From positions 744,001 to 791,684 of the forward strand of contig PPNB01000001.1 of assembly GCA_003707115.1 (NCBI GenBank): 47,684 nucleotides of DNA, in the 5' to 3' direction. Positions within the stretch are counted from its first letter, which is position 1. The number at the start of each line of letters is the position of its first letter. The notes under the pieces were generated by a model. It was not told the origin of the DNA and ran no database searches. It saw nothing but the letters and a program-made list of their open reading frames with translations. This stretch comes from Tortispora ganteri. Taxonomy: Eukaryota. The translations under genes and the position numbers were made by a program. This document shows, in pieces, positions 11,743 through 22,131 of the stretch.

Positions 11743-12457
11743 TGCGGCAGTATCACACACATATAGATCGATTGCGATTGATCTGTAATACTTTTTGTCA
11801 ATGTGGCTACATCGCCAAGCTTTTTGACAACATAGAAATTTGTTGGCCCATTTAAAGCACGTCAGAAGTCTAAAAGCTAATTTATCAGTCTCAGTGCCTG
11901 TTTTACGAATAGGGTCTTCGACGAATGACTTTAAAAATTACACTCTACTCCTGGTACATTCCATATACTTGACCTATCGCTCACTCACCACCCCCTCAAC
12001 GCCAAAATATAATATTCAACTAGAACTATTTGACTTATTACGCCCCGCAATATGTTTTCGAAGTCGAAGGAGGTGTATTCGCAAAAATATGTTGCGCTTT
12101 CATACTTGAACCCCCACTTCACGGCTGAATATGTCCACGCGTTGTGATGCTGTATGGACAATGTCAATTCCCATTTAGGAAGGTTACCCCTCATTCAAAC
12201 TCAACAGTTTTTCCTATGGCACCCCCAATCGCCTCGTCGCACCACTACCCCCAAAGCGAACTAACCGATTAAATTAGCCTGTCAGGTGCGTTATCTCGGT
12301 GGAATTTATTGTTTATATTTGCATCTCCTCTTGAGGTTATCAGAATTCGTGCGAGTTAGTCTTATTTTCCTCCACTTTTTGTCGCTATAAATACTGTCGG
12401 TCATCTCCTCCCTCCCCAACTGCTGTTTCGCGACAGTCCATATAGAACAACGTAACA

Positions 12458-13378
12458 ATGTCTACTGCTGTTCCCCAAAAAAAGAAAGTGTCGTGGTCTA
12501 ACATTCTCCTTGGAGCCGGACTCAATCTGTTTGAAGTCACTACGCTTGGTCAGCCGCTCGAAGTGACTAAAACTACCATGGCTGCTAATCGCGGAGACAG
12601 TTTCGCGACCGCTATAGGGCGTATATGGTCTCGCGGTGGTATCCTAGGATTCTATCAGGGACTTATCCCATGGGCATGGATAGAAGCCTCTACCAAAGGT
12701 GCAGTTCTGCTCTTTGTCGCTACCGAAGCCGAGTACTACGCCAAACTCGCCGGCGCTGGTCCATTCCTAGCGGGTATCTCTGGTGGTGTGATTGGAGGTC
12801 TTGCACAGGCCTATGCGACTATGGGATTCTGCACATGCATGAAAACTGTTGAGATTACTCGCGCTAAGCAAAGCGCTTCTGGCGTGAAACCGCCTTCTAC
12901 GTTCCAAGTGTTTGCGGATATCTACCGAAAGGATGGTATCCGTGGAATCAATCGCGGTGTGAACGCGGTCGCTGTGAGACAGTGCACTAACTGGGGATCA
13001 CGATACGGTCTTTCGCGACTATCGGAGTCTCTTATCCGTAACGTTAGGGGTAAAGACAAGGACGCTGCGCTTTCTATACCCGAAAAGCTGCTGGCTTCAG
13101 CTCTAGGAGGCGGTTTGAGCGCCTGGAATCAACCTATTGAGGTCATTCGCGTCGAAATGCAGTCGAAAAAGGAAGATCCAAACAGACCCAAGAATATGGG
13201 TGTGATGGGCGCTGCTAAATATATTTATTCTCAAAATGGAATAAAAGGCTTGTATAGAGGCGTCACACCTAGAATCTGTTTAGGTGTGTGGCAGACTGTT
13301 TGCATGATTGCTCTTGGAGACATGGCTCGTTCTGCTGTCGAAAAGATAACAGGTGAAAAACCTGTGGCCAAACATTAA
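12458..13378 (+). CDS. YHM2: Mitochondrial citrate/oxoglutarate carrier
   Basis: SNILLGAGLNLFEVTTLGQPLEV.KT.MAANR, GLIPWAWIEASTKG and NQPIEVIRVEMQS are typical of Yhm2. Confidence 0.95.
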   Translation: MSTAVPQKKKVSWSNILLGAGLNLFEVTTLGQPLEVTKTTMAANRGDSFATAIGRIWSRGGILGFYQGLIPWAWIEASTKGAVLLFVATEAEYYAKLAGAGPFLAGISGGVIGGLAQAYATMGFCTCMKTVEITRAKQSASGVKPPSTFQVFADIYRKDGIRGINRGVNAVAVRQCTNWGSRYGLSRLSESLIRNVRGKDKDAALSIPEKLLASALGGGLSAWNQPIEVIRVEMQSKKEDPNRPKNMGVMGAAKYIYSQNGIKGLYRGVTPRICLGVWQTVCMIALGDMARSAVEKITGEKPVAKH

Positions 13379-13448
13379 ATTTCCACAAATACTAAATGCA
13401 GGCTAATCTACCCAAACATTTTTAGAATATAATAATACTAATCCACTG

Positions 13449-13646
13449 TTATAAATCGTTGAATCGCGTATTGAAATCTTCTAGTTGTTGTAGTGCAATT
13501 TTACATTTATTCGCTTCACGCTGATGTTCGCGCACTGCTGACTCGTATTGCAAAAGAACTGAGTTTGTTTTAATAGCAGTTTTCATATACTTCGAATCTA
13601 TTTCATTTGATTGCTTTTTCAGTTCAGCTAGCCTGTCTTTAGACAT
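13449..13646 (-). CDS. Small coiled-coil protein, weakly resembling the Lge1 C-terminal domain
   Basis: 65-aa helical heptad ORF with a good start context (ACAACC-ATG after an A-rich leader), in a gene-sized gap. The family call is weak. Confidence 0.5.
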   Translation of the reverse strand: MSKDRLAELKKQSNEIDSKYMKTAIKTNSVLLQYESAVREHQREANKCKIALQQLEDFNTRFNDL

Positions 13647-13995
13647 GGTTGTGTATTGAGTCTGAGTTTTTTTTTTTCTTTTTTGGATAGAAAATGCTGG
13701 GATTTACTTGTACTATCTGTTGAATCACGCCCGCGGAAGTGGAAAAGGGGAAGAAATTTTCTCTGTATTGCTAGCACAACAAACTCCAATCAAATTTTTA
13801 ATACTTTATAGTTCTTAAAACGCTTAGAGTACTTAGTTCGGCTTAGTATCCGCAATAATTGATTTTACGGCTCAACCAAAAGTTACAGGATAGTGCCGTG
13901 CGAGCGGAGTTTCATATAAACCGGCAGCTGCTCCCAATATATACACCCTTATATTACCCAACCACCCTTACTCGCTTCGATCACACCAACTCTTG

Positions 13996-14280
13996 ATGCT
14001 ATTTTTTAGGATCTTCACAATAATTGCCTGCGTTATAGCGCAACAAGCGTACGTTGTCTCATTTACCTCAGATGAAGTTGAATCAAGTGCCATGAAGAAT
14101 TTGGAGGCAAAACTTCGCTCAATGGGTGCAGAACTCACACACAAGTACGACTCCGTGATTATTAAAGGATTTGCCATCCGTTTCCCACAAACATCAGAGA
14201 TAACTTCAAAACATATCCTCAGCGACACGTTGAGCGATTTTCCCGTATATGTCGAAGAGGACAAACAAATTCATATTTAA
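13996..14280 (+). CDS. Peptidase inhibitor I9 domain protein with signal peptide (Pbi2/YHR138C-like)
   Basis: Hydrophobic leader, then YVV.F, GAELTHKY...IKGFA and VEEDKQIHI (I9 pattern). TATAAA at about 13915. Confidence 0.8.
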   Translation: MLFFRIFTIIACVIAQQAYVVSFTSDEVESSAMKNLEAKLRSMGAELTHKYDSVIIKGFAIRFPQTSEITSKHILSDTLSDFPVYVEEDKQIHI

Positions 14281-14399
14281 TATCAGCTATTCAATTGCTA
14301 TAACGTGTACCGGTGCACCCCGTGGGTATTATTATGATCTTCATTCTTACACGTTGTTGCACTTCCAAGTAAAAAACCCTTATCTTCTACACTAACCTA

Positions 14400-15464
14400 A
14401 TGGCTACGTTAAGTCTGTTCTCTCGTAAAGGCGCTACACCACAAAACGCTGTAGACAGTATTCTAAATATCCCTAAATCTACAATTGCTGATTTACAAAA
14501 TGCATTTAAAGCTATTCCAGAGTTAGGATCTATTCCCCCGTCAATCACGCCATCTTCTATCCCATTGTCATTTGACCACCCTGATGCGCTGCTGCTGGCG
14601 AACCTCTGTACTGTGCTCCAATTGTACTCTAATGACGATCAACAGCGTATAGAAACAGTAAACGAAATACAGGATCTCTCAGAATCTGATCAAGCACAGA
14701 TACGCGATGTTATTGAACTAATAGCAGAATTGGCACACAACTCTGCCAATTCCGTTGACGAGCTAGCAAACCTTTACTCTAAATACTCTGAGCTCGATGC
14801 ACGGTACCATGACCTTCAAGCGGTTCATGCGCGAACAGAAGAGCAGCTACTACAATTGAGGCAACAACAAGAACAACAGCAGCCGGCTATCGTTGTCGAC
14901 TTGCCTGCTGCCCCTCAAACAAACAGTGACTCGGTGATTCTCGAGCTAGAAAACAAGCTTCAATCCACAACAGACGAGCTCGTGTCTTCTAAAAAACAGT
15001 TAACAGCTCTTACTAGGAAAATTGCTGCTCTCGAGTCCGAAACTTCTAAACTTGCAACACTCCAAGAGGAGCTCGATCAAGCACGGATACAGGCTGAACA
15101 GTACCAGAAACTGACAAATGTGATTGAAAAATACAAAGAGAAGCTATCTCGCACAGCAGACCTAGAGCGTGAGTTGTCTTCGGCCCAAAGTGAACTTGTC
15201 GACGTCAAGTTGCAGCTCACAGCACTTCAGAAAGACAAGAAAAAAACGGAAACAGCAGAACCTTCTAAAGACGCTCAAACAGTAAATAATTTAGACGAAG
15301 CTACTATTAAGATATTTGAACGAGAAAGACGTCTAATGGCTTCTGCATGGTACGCCAATAGCGTCCGCATGAACTTCCCTACTACGACATTTTCGAGAAA
15401 ATCTACAGAAAATCCACAAAGTTGGTTGAATCGACAAAGAAAAGCGCTCGATGGAGCATTATGA
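14400..15464 (+). CDS. Hook-family coiled-coil protein (HookA/Hok1-like), shortened
   Basis: IQDLSESDQAQI (end of Hook domain), LQEELD...KL.NVIEKYKEKL coiled coil, and C-terminal ERRLMASAWY ... SWLNRQR typical of fungal Hook. Confidence 0.7.
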   Translation: MATLSLFSRKGATPQNAVDSILNIPKSTIADLQNAFKAIPELGSIPPSITPSSIPLSFDHPDALLLANLCTVLQLYSNDDQQRIETVNEIQDLSESDQAQIRDVIELIAELAHNSANSVDELANLYSKYSELDARYHDLQAVHARTEEQLLQLRQQQEQQQPAIVVDLPAAPQTNSDSVILELENKLQSTTDELVSSKKQLTALTRKIAALESETSKLATLQEELDQARIQAEQYQKLTNVIEKYKEKLSRTADLERELSSAQSELVDVKLQLTALQKDKKKTETAEPSKDAQTVNNLDEATIKIFERERRLMASAWYANSVRMNFPTTTFSRKSTENPQSWLNRQRKALDGAL

Positions 15465-15501
15465 CTATTCGTAAAGAAAATACTTGCTCATAAATATGAA
15501 A

Positions 15502-16659
15502 CTACGAAGAAATCCAGTCTTTTGGATTCAGCACTGCGTCCATTAGTTTTGCTTCTTCCGTTCCGACTTCTGGCGAGTGTTTATATTCCCATCTTGCAGT
15601 GAGCGGCAGTGACATCAGAATGCTTTCAGTTCTTGCGTCAGGCATGGCAATGCCGAATTTGGTGCCTCTGTCATGCAATAAGTTGAACTCAACGTACCTG
15701 CCTCTTCGCAATTGCTGCCACTTCTTTTGATTCTCAGTGAACGGGGTATCTTTGCGTCGGCGTACTAATGGGCAGTACGATTCTATGACTGAATTGCCTA
15801 GAGTTTGAGCCATTTCAAAGCTTTTACTCGCTTCAAATCTGTCGAAATCGTCAAAGAATATACCGCCAATACCTCTCATTTCGTTGTTTCGATGTGTGTT
15901 TCTGAAATAAAGGTCACAGGTAGTCTTGAACTCGCTGTACAAATCTTCACCGAACTTATCGCATGCATTTTTTAAGACGGTATGAAAATGTACAGCATCC
16001 TCTTCATATAGGTAAGACGGCGTGAGATCACTACCTCCGCCGAACCACCACATACCACCATTATCCGTATCGAAGTAGCGATAGTTACAGTGGAACGTTG
16101 GTGCGTGTGGATTTCTCGGGTGAATAACCATAGATAACCCAATAGCACAAAATTTCATAGACTTGACCTGTTCAAGTTCCATATTGGTCTGGTACGCACT
16201 CATGCGTTCTAGAACAGCTTTCGGCAAGTCACCGTATATAACAGATACATTAACCCCACCTTTCTCAAAAACAGATCCGTCTTGAATCACACATGTCAGA
16301 CCATGTCCGCGGCCATTCGGACGCTCCCACGGGTCTCTTCTGAACCTTTTACCTGGTCTTCTCTCTACACCGTCAAATGCAGCAGATGCTTCGTCACCTT
16401 CTTCTTCAATCTTCTCTAAAGCTTCAACAATCCTACTTTGTAGGTCTATAACGTATGCTTCCATTTTGTTGCGCATATCAGGGTCCTGGTCGTACTCATT
16501 CTTCAGTGCCGCTCGCTTGACCCTACCGCTCTCGCTGTTTGGCTTAACACACTTCACTGCGCTTCCGATTTTATCATATATACATTTCCAGTTCAAAACC
16601 GTGACCGCACCAATAGCTCCAAGAGCTATACCGGATACTAGCTCGATTCGGTGATGCAT
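15502..16659 (-). CDS. HEM13: Oxygen-dependent coproporphyrinogen III oxidase
   Basis: FEKGGVNVS, HPRNPHAPT.H.NYRYF, WWFGGG.DLTP, RGIGGIFFDD and QLRRGRYVEFNL. Confidence 0.97.
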   Translation of the reverse strand: MHHRIELVSGIALGAIGAVTVLNWKCIYDKIGSAVKCVKPNSESGRVKRAALKNEYDQDPDMRNKMEAYVIDLQSRIVEALEKIEEEGDEASAAFDGVERRPGKRFRRDPWERPNGRGHGLTCVIQDGSVFEKGGVNVSVIYGDLPKAVLERMSAYQTNMELEQVKSMKFCAIGLSMVIHPRNPHAPTFHCNYRYFDTDNGGMWWFGGGSDLTPSYLYEEDAVHFHTVLKNACDKFGEDLYSEFKTTCDLYFRNTHRNNEMRGIGGIFFDDFDRFEASKSFEMAQTLGNSVIESYCPLVRRRKDTPFTENQKKWQQLRRGRYVEFNLLHDRGTKFGIAMPDARTESILMSLPLTARWEYKHSPEVGTEEAKLMDAVLNPKDWISS

Positions 16660-16976
16660 TTTATGAAGCTCAAAGGGAAAGAATTCTAGCGACTTGTAGT
16701 GTCTTTATATAGCGGCACCTGATCACCCCACATCCCAATACGGAAGGTACCAATGGTTAGACTACAACTGGCTCTCGCCACTATGCCAATAGTGTAGATA
16801 ATCTAATAAGAATATAATTTATATTTGAATAAATTAAATCATTTTTAGTGCTCTGGATTTTGTTTTCTGCAGAAATTCAGCATAAAAAACTGAAAGTATT
16901 GCCCCTACTAGAACCTATAAGGGTGAACTTTAATGTACTTGATGGCCTTAGTAGCTCACAGCACCTGCTAAATACC

Positions 16977-17792
16977 ATGGTTTCCTCGCCCCTGACGCCC
17001 TTAACGTCTAAACTGAAGCTACAACTGAAGCTCGCTATTTCGCGTTTGCGGATGGTGCAGCAGAAACAGGCAGCAGAATCCAAACAGCGACGCCGTGACT
17101 TGGCAGATCTACTGCGCGCAGGTAAAGTCGAGAGCGCGAGGATCAGAGTGGAAAACGTCATACGCGAAGACATCGAGAACGAGCTACTAGAAATACTCGA
17201 ATTATACTGCGAGTTATTGCTTGCTCGAATTGCATTAATGGAAGGTCACGATATCGATCCAGGTCTCGAAGAAGCAGTTGCGAGTATTATTTATTCTGCT
17301 CCTAGAATCACCGTCAGAGAACTAATAGTTATTAGAGACATTCTCGTGGCAAAATACGGACATGAGTATGCAGAAGCAGCTTTAGAAAATAAATCAGGTG
17401 TGGTTCCCGATAAAATCACATCAAGACTTGCAGTCACCCCGCCATCGCAGGAACTTGTTACCCTCTATTTGTCAGAGATCGGCCGCACATACGGCATAGA
17501 GTATCCTGCTCGGCAGAAAGACGACAGTAACAGTGACAACGACTCGGGCGGAGTAAAAGAGAAGGCATCTTACGAGCCTACAGATATTACAGAAGACCCA
17601 GAATTAGAGGTGCCTATTGCTGTGTCGCCACCTGCACCGACTTCAGACAACTTGAACCCAAAAGTGACTGTGCCTAAAGACGTACCTGCCCCTAGACGTC
17701 CTTCATTGTCTGATCGTGGCAATCTACCAGCGCCACCTCGCTTGGATGATCTTACAGAGCTGCAGCGTAGGTTCGAGGCGCTGCGGAAATAG
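16977..17792 (+). CDS. IST1: ESCRT-III-associated factor Ist1
   Basis: LKLAISRLR, SARIRVENVIRED, LELYCELLLAR and C-terminal MIM L.RRFEALRK. ATG at 16977. Confidence 0.93.
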   Translation: MVSSPLTPLTSKLKLQLKLAISRLRMVQQKQAAESKQRRRDLADLLRAGKVESARIRVENVIREDIENELLEILELYCELLLARIALMEGHDIDPGLEEAVASIIYSAPRITVRELIVIRDILVAKYGHEYAEAALENKSGVVPDKITSRLAVTPPSQELVTLYLSEIGRTYGIEYPARQKDDSNSDNDSGGVKEKASYEPTDITEDPELEVPIAVSPPAPTSDNLNPKVTVPKDVPAPRRPSLSDRGNLPAPPRLDDLTELQRRFEALRK

Positions 17793-17913
17793 TTAACATC
17801 GCTACTTTTTTCCTTCTACTACTAGTGTTGTTTTAGTATATGGCAAATTGTACGCCAACTTATATGGTTATATTGCACTTTCCTGCAACCAATAACTGCA
17901 TTAGACACTGCAG

Positions 17914-19224
17914 TTATATAGATTTTACGGCAGCGCGTGACTTGCGTAACTTTTCATAGGCATAGTAGCTGCTTTTCCCGAGCCCAGCACTTAACAGACC
18001 TTTAGCGCTCTGTATCCAGCTTGAACGCCTAACAATCTCTTGAATCGAAGTTTGAATCGTTTGTGAGAGCATATTATCACTGGCAATACGCTGTTCGAAT
18101 TCTCCGCCTACGCGCATCTGATATGTCTCGTCTTTTCCTGTGACAGGGTAGTCTTCGGGCTGTGGCGGCCGTTTTGTTCCAAATTTCGAACCGTAATGCG
18201 TTTGTATTCGTTTCCTCAGAGCTCGCGGCAGTCTCCGTATCATATTACTCCGCGGAACAAGATCCATATCTTGTTGCAATTTACAGGATCCGTCCATACC
18301 GGTATTGAGAATAGTGATGTTGGGGAGATTATTAATAAGTGGTCTGTACTGCAACTGGAACTGTGGGAGCTGATTTTCAACAATATTGTGTACTTTGTAT
18401 GGGTTTTCACCGATACCCATACGCATGTCTCCAGTGTACGATAGACCGGCAATTGTGGTATAGAGCTGCTTCTCAGTGAACGATTCAGGCAATATAAGCA
18501 TGGAAGTACGAATTGCAGAAAGAATGTTACCTTGTTGTGCAGCTTGGATCCCCGCGTCACGCTTGAATAGACGTACTGGTTTGTGAAGACGGCCTGCTAA
18601 GTACATGTATTTCCATTCAGACAGATCTTCAAGTAATTGGTCCATTGATACTACTCCGTACTTGACAATAGGTCCCTGGCCCGGATGGCTTTTTGGCGAC
18701 ATATCAACATACGGGTTGTAATAAACACCCGGTCCCAGACTACTAAGTTTTGTTATAGCTCCGGATCCCAGGAACCGCAGACACGAATAGTGGTCTCGAT
18801 GCTGCATCAAGTTCAACGAGTGGAAGTGTTCAGGGTATGTTACTGCAAATATTAAATCAAGTTGTGGTGTTGTTTCGGTAGATATATGTTTACCCTGCGG
18901 CAAGGCAGCTGACCCATAGGCAAAGGCGTGTCTTATTGGCGCTCTAAATTGTTTTAGTAACTGTCGCAGTTGTTCTTCCAAATGGTCCTGGTCATCGCTC
19001 GGAATCTGGGGCAAACTAAGCACTTTCGACTCTCGTTCCGGGATTTCGGCATCGTCTTTTACCATACTGAACATTCTGATCGACATCCCATACTGAATTG
19101 CGTGCCTCACTGGTAATCGTCTTTGGAAGAGCATATTGTGGCAGAAGGTAAAGTCCTCCTCGGCGGTTTGGGATATGAGAGTGTAACATCTACCTATTAG
19201 TCCTCGGCTGGTACGGCCGAACAT
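17914..19224 (-). CDS. TAM41: Mitochondrial phosphatidate cytidylyltransferase
   Basis: AFAYGS, HSLNL.Q...HYS, KYGVVS, YLAGRLHKPV and SY.GD.RM..GENP.KV; Arg-rich presequence. Exact start uncertain. Confidence 0.93.
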   Translation of the reverse strand: MFGRTSRGLIGRCYTLISQTAEEDFTFCHNMLFQRRLPVRHAIQYGMSIRMFSMVKDDAEIPERESKVLSLPQIPSDDQDHLEEQLRQLLKQFRAPIRHAFAYGSAALPQGKHISTETTPQLDLIFAVTYPEHFHSLNLMQHRDHYSCLRFLGSGAITKLSSLGPGVYYNPYVDMSPKSHPGQGPIVKYGVVSMDQLLEDLSEWKYMYLAGRLHKPVRLFKRDAGIQAAQQGNILSAIRTSMLILPESFTEKQLYTTIAGLSYTGDMRMGIGENPYKVHNIVENQLPQFQLQYRPLINNLPNITILNTGMDGSCKLQQDMDLVPRSNMIRRLPRALRKRIQTHYGSKFGTKRPPQPEDYPVTGKDETYQMRVGGEFEQRIASDNMLSQTIQTSIQEIVRRSSWIQSAKGLLSAGLGKSSYYAYEKLRKSRAAVKSI

Positions 19225-19408
19225 CTCTACAATTTCTCCACAAATCCTTTTGATGAATATTAATAATAATAAATAGATATATGCAAAATATTAATTAATA
19301 TAAAACAAAACTAAGAAAAAGTAATGTCTTACACAGCACATAAAGATGATCTGGAGCACTCACCATCGGTTGCTATACGATCGCGGATCTCGCCGATCTT
19401 AAAAACTT

Positions 19409-19810
19409 ATGCAGAGACTAAAACAACTAAGTAGCCAGATGACCACCCGTCCACCTATCACGTGCCACATCCTTGATACCGCTAAGGGGAAACCTGCACC
19501 AAATGTCGAAATCTCTATATACAAAAAAGTTAGCGATTTTGAACTCATAGGTACATCTTCAACCAACTCTGACGGAAGGGTTCCAGCCTGGAACATAGAT
19601 CCATCCGCCCCAGTCCACACAGCCAATGGCTCATGGATTCTAGAGGCTGGAATTTACCGTCTTGATTTCAATGTAGACAGCTATTATGGCTCTGAACCAC
19701 ATTTCTTCCCTTCAGTGTCTATCCATTTCGAGGTCACAGACCCTTCCCAACATTATCATGTGCCTCTGCTTCTGTCCCCGTTCTCGTACTCCACTTACAG
19801 AGGAAGCTAA
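19409..19810 (+). CDS. 5-hydroxyisourate hydrolase (transthyretin-like, urate catabolism)
   Basis: PITCHILDT..GKPA, TNSDGR and HYHVPLLLSPFSYSTYRGS with the diagnostic YRGS terminus. Confidence 0.95.
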   Translation: MQRLKQLSSQMTTRPPITCHILDTAKGKPAPNVEISIYKKVSDFELIGTSSTNSDGRVPAWNIDPSAPVHTANGSWILEAGIYRLDFNVDSYYGSEPHFFPSVSIHFEVTDPSQHYHVPLLLSPFSYSTYRGS

Positions 19811-19942
19811 ATCACATATATCCATATATATATACATATAATCACTGTATCTTTATCCTAATTTACATATACTCCACACATATACCGGCTTCTCAAGAAG
19901 CACCCAAAAGAAAAAAAAAACAAAACCAAAAACAAAAAAAAA

Positions 19943-21124
19943 TTATAGAATCATGTCATATCGTAAGCGGGCCCAGTCTTCATCGAGTATGGCGCTTTCG
20001 GAATCATACTGATATTTCGAACCAGAAGATGATTCCATCTCTAAGCCAGTAGCAGTAACAGCTGCGGCTGCAGCGGCAAGAGTCCTGAACATTATCATTT
20101 CCTCAGACTTGTCAAATACTGACGGCCTGGTTCTGATCACTTCCGATTGCGATCGGTTACCTTTCGGTTCTTTATGTTCCGAGTACCCTACCACTCGTAA
20201 CTGTTCTTGTCCATCCCATTTCCAGAGCCGACCAGCGCACTCAAACCCACCGCCCATACGGTTATCAAAACTCCATCGCCTACCTGATCTACCAGCAGAG
20301 AGTAGCTGCAGTGATCGCGTCGCCCTCAAAACCTGCAAAAAATCGTTAGGAGAAGCTGCTAGTTTATCGTCATTGACAAACTCCAATTTCAAAGGTAACG
20401 GTGGTGGTGTCAGTGGGCCATCAATGCTCTCTTCTGACGAGGAGTTAGTGCCCCTTCGGTTCTGGTCAGGCATAGGCAGAGAGTCTGAACGTGACAAAAT
20501 CGGCTTAGAGCTGGTAGACGCACTTGAAGACTTTCGGCGTCGTCTTCGGCGGATATTTCCGGTGAATCGCAATTGTAGCTGACCAAACCCAGGACGGTCC
20601 GGCTCCAGACACGCATCCGGGAAAGAATCTCCGAACAGTGGTATAAGAGTATATCGTACATGATAGCATGTACGGATAGCAAGGGCTCGTGCATATTGGA
20701 AAGGAAGCCAGGTGCCTTGGATCTTCAAGAAACCGCCACGGACTCTTCGTATGAACGGTTCCAAGTCGGGCGAGTTCTCTACCAACCGCACTATGTCAGC
20801 TTTCGAGTTGCCAATAGCCTTCCAGATACCAGTTAGGTGCACATATCCTGAATGGTAATCCCACATTATACTCTGCCCATTTAGTGTGTATTCGAACACC
20901 GTAAAGCAATGTCTTTCATCCAACGCAGTGGCATATTTCCGAGTCACAATGGCATGGTTCTTCCCTAGCATATTGGCCTGTTCGCTAGGTATTTTTGAAA
21001 TGTCAAACGCATACACTGGATAATTTACAGTATCGTCTTCTGGAGATAACAAAAAACGATTGCGTTTGCTCGTTACTTTAGTTGTTGCCTCTTTGCGGGT
21101 CTCGGCCGGTTCTAATAAGACCAT
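19943..21124 (-). CDS. APSES/KilA-N DNA-binding protein (Xbp1-like group)
   Basis: IMWDY.SGYVHLTGIWKA, RVRGGFLKIQGTW.PF..A and Y.LIPLFG..FP..CL.P; RRRRRRK NLS. Confidence 0.85.
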   Translation of the reverse strand: MVLLEPAETRKEATTKVTSKRNRFLLSPEDDTVNYPVYAFDISKIPSEQANMLGKNHAIVTRKYATALDERHCFTVFEYTLNGQSIMWDYHSGYVHLTGIWKAIGNSKADIVRLVENSPDLEPFIRRVRGGFLKIQGTWLPFQYARALAIRTCYHVRYTLIPLFGDSFPDACLEPDRPGFGQLQLRFTGNIRRRRRRKSSSASTSSKPILSRSDSLPMPDQNRRGTNSSSEESIDGPLTPPPLPLKLEFVNDDKLAASPNDFLQVLRATRSLQLLSAGRSGRRWSFDNRMGGGFECAGRLWKWDGQEQLRVVGYSEHKEPKGNRSQSEVIRTRPSVFDKSEEMIMFRTLAAAAAAVTATGLEMESSSGSKYQYDSESAILDEDWARLRYDMIL

Positions 21125-22131
21125 AGCGAGGCAGTACTATTATTTGCAAAAGTCGCGGCTAGTTACCGAAAATATCAGCAGTGTGCGTAAGTAAGCAAAA
21201 TTCGCGTTAGTATTTGTCGGGTTTAACGAATAAACGCGGTGGCGTAGATGTTTGACCAGGTCTTGCTCGATCTCGGAGGTGAGCGGGCTCGACAGGGGCA
21301 GCGGTGGCCAGATACACAAAGGGAGGGGTTAAAAGGCTCGTTCAACGGCTAATTATCAGTGTTTTCTTCCACTTGGAGCTCAAGTAAAACTCTAGGCTAA
21401 ATCCTTAAACAGCCTAATACTTATAACAGTCAGCTTCAAGGCACAAAAGTACGCGACTTTTGCTCTTTCTGATACAATTAGTCGAAAGAAGATAGCAAGT
21501 CTACCCGCTTTTTGATTGTTAATACTCAATCCCAATTTCGACATTAAACTTTATTCTGTTATTCAACGTTAAACCCTTAACCACATTAAGATAGTTCTAC
21601 TGATTGGCTAGTTACTGGGACATTCGTAGATAAGGCTTTTAGTAAAGAACTCATCCTAAGCTTATCTATGTTATATCTTGCCACACATTCTCGACCACAG
21701 TTGCCGTTATACGGTCAATGGATAATTTTTTCACGCAGCTTCAAACTATAAGTATTTAATACAGTGATTTAAGAAATTCTTAAAGCTCCTAATGTGTTTT
21801 CTCCGCTTGGAACTAGTGTCTAGCAACCTCTTTTAGACGTGAAAATAAGCATATATGATCTGCTAGTGTTTGCCAATAAGACCATTCACTTTCCGTTGGG
21901 ACAAAACCTTATATTTAAAGATAAGACGCGCACGGTCAATTCTTAAAAACACCAAAAGAATCAAATTGCTGTATAGTCGCAAAGGTTAAAAAGCGTGACA
22001 TCATAATAACCTCACGCGTCATTCAGGTATACATAGAATATTTTCTTATAAAAATGTGAATTATATAGCAGTACCGTTAGAGCAATTAATAGAAGAGCAA
22101 AAGGCATCGCTATCCGAAAGGTTGTTTGACC

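Noticed and set aside
19895..19942. A-rich tract between HIU hydrolase and the APSES gene
   Set aside because: Ordinary terminator or 3' UTR low complexity; no target-site duplication suggesting retroposition.
21155..21215. TACTAAC on the - strand upstream of the APSES gene
   Set aside because: The nearest AG is far away and no convincing donor was found.
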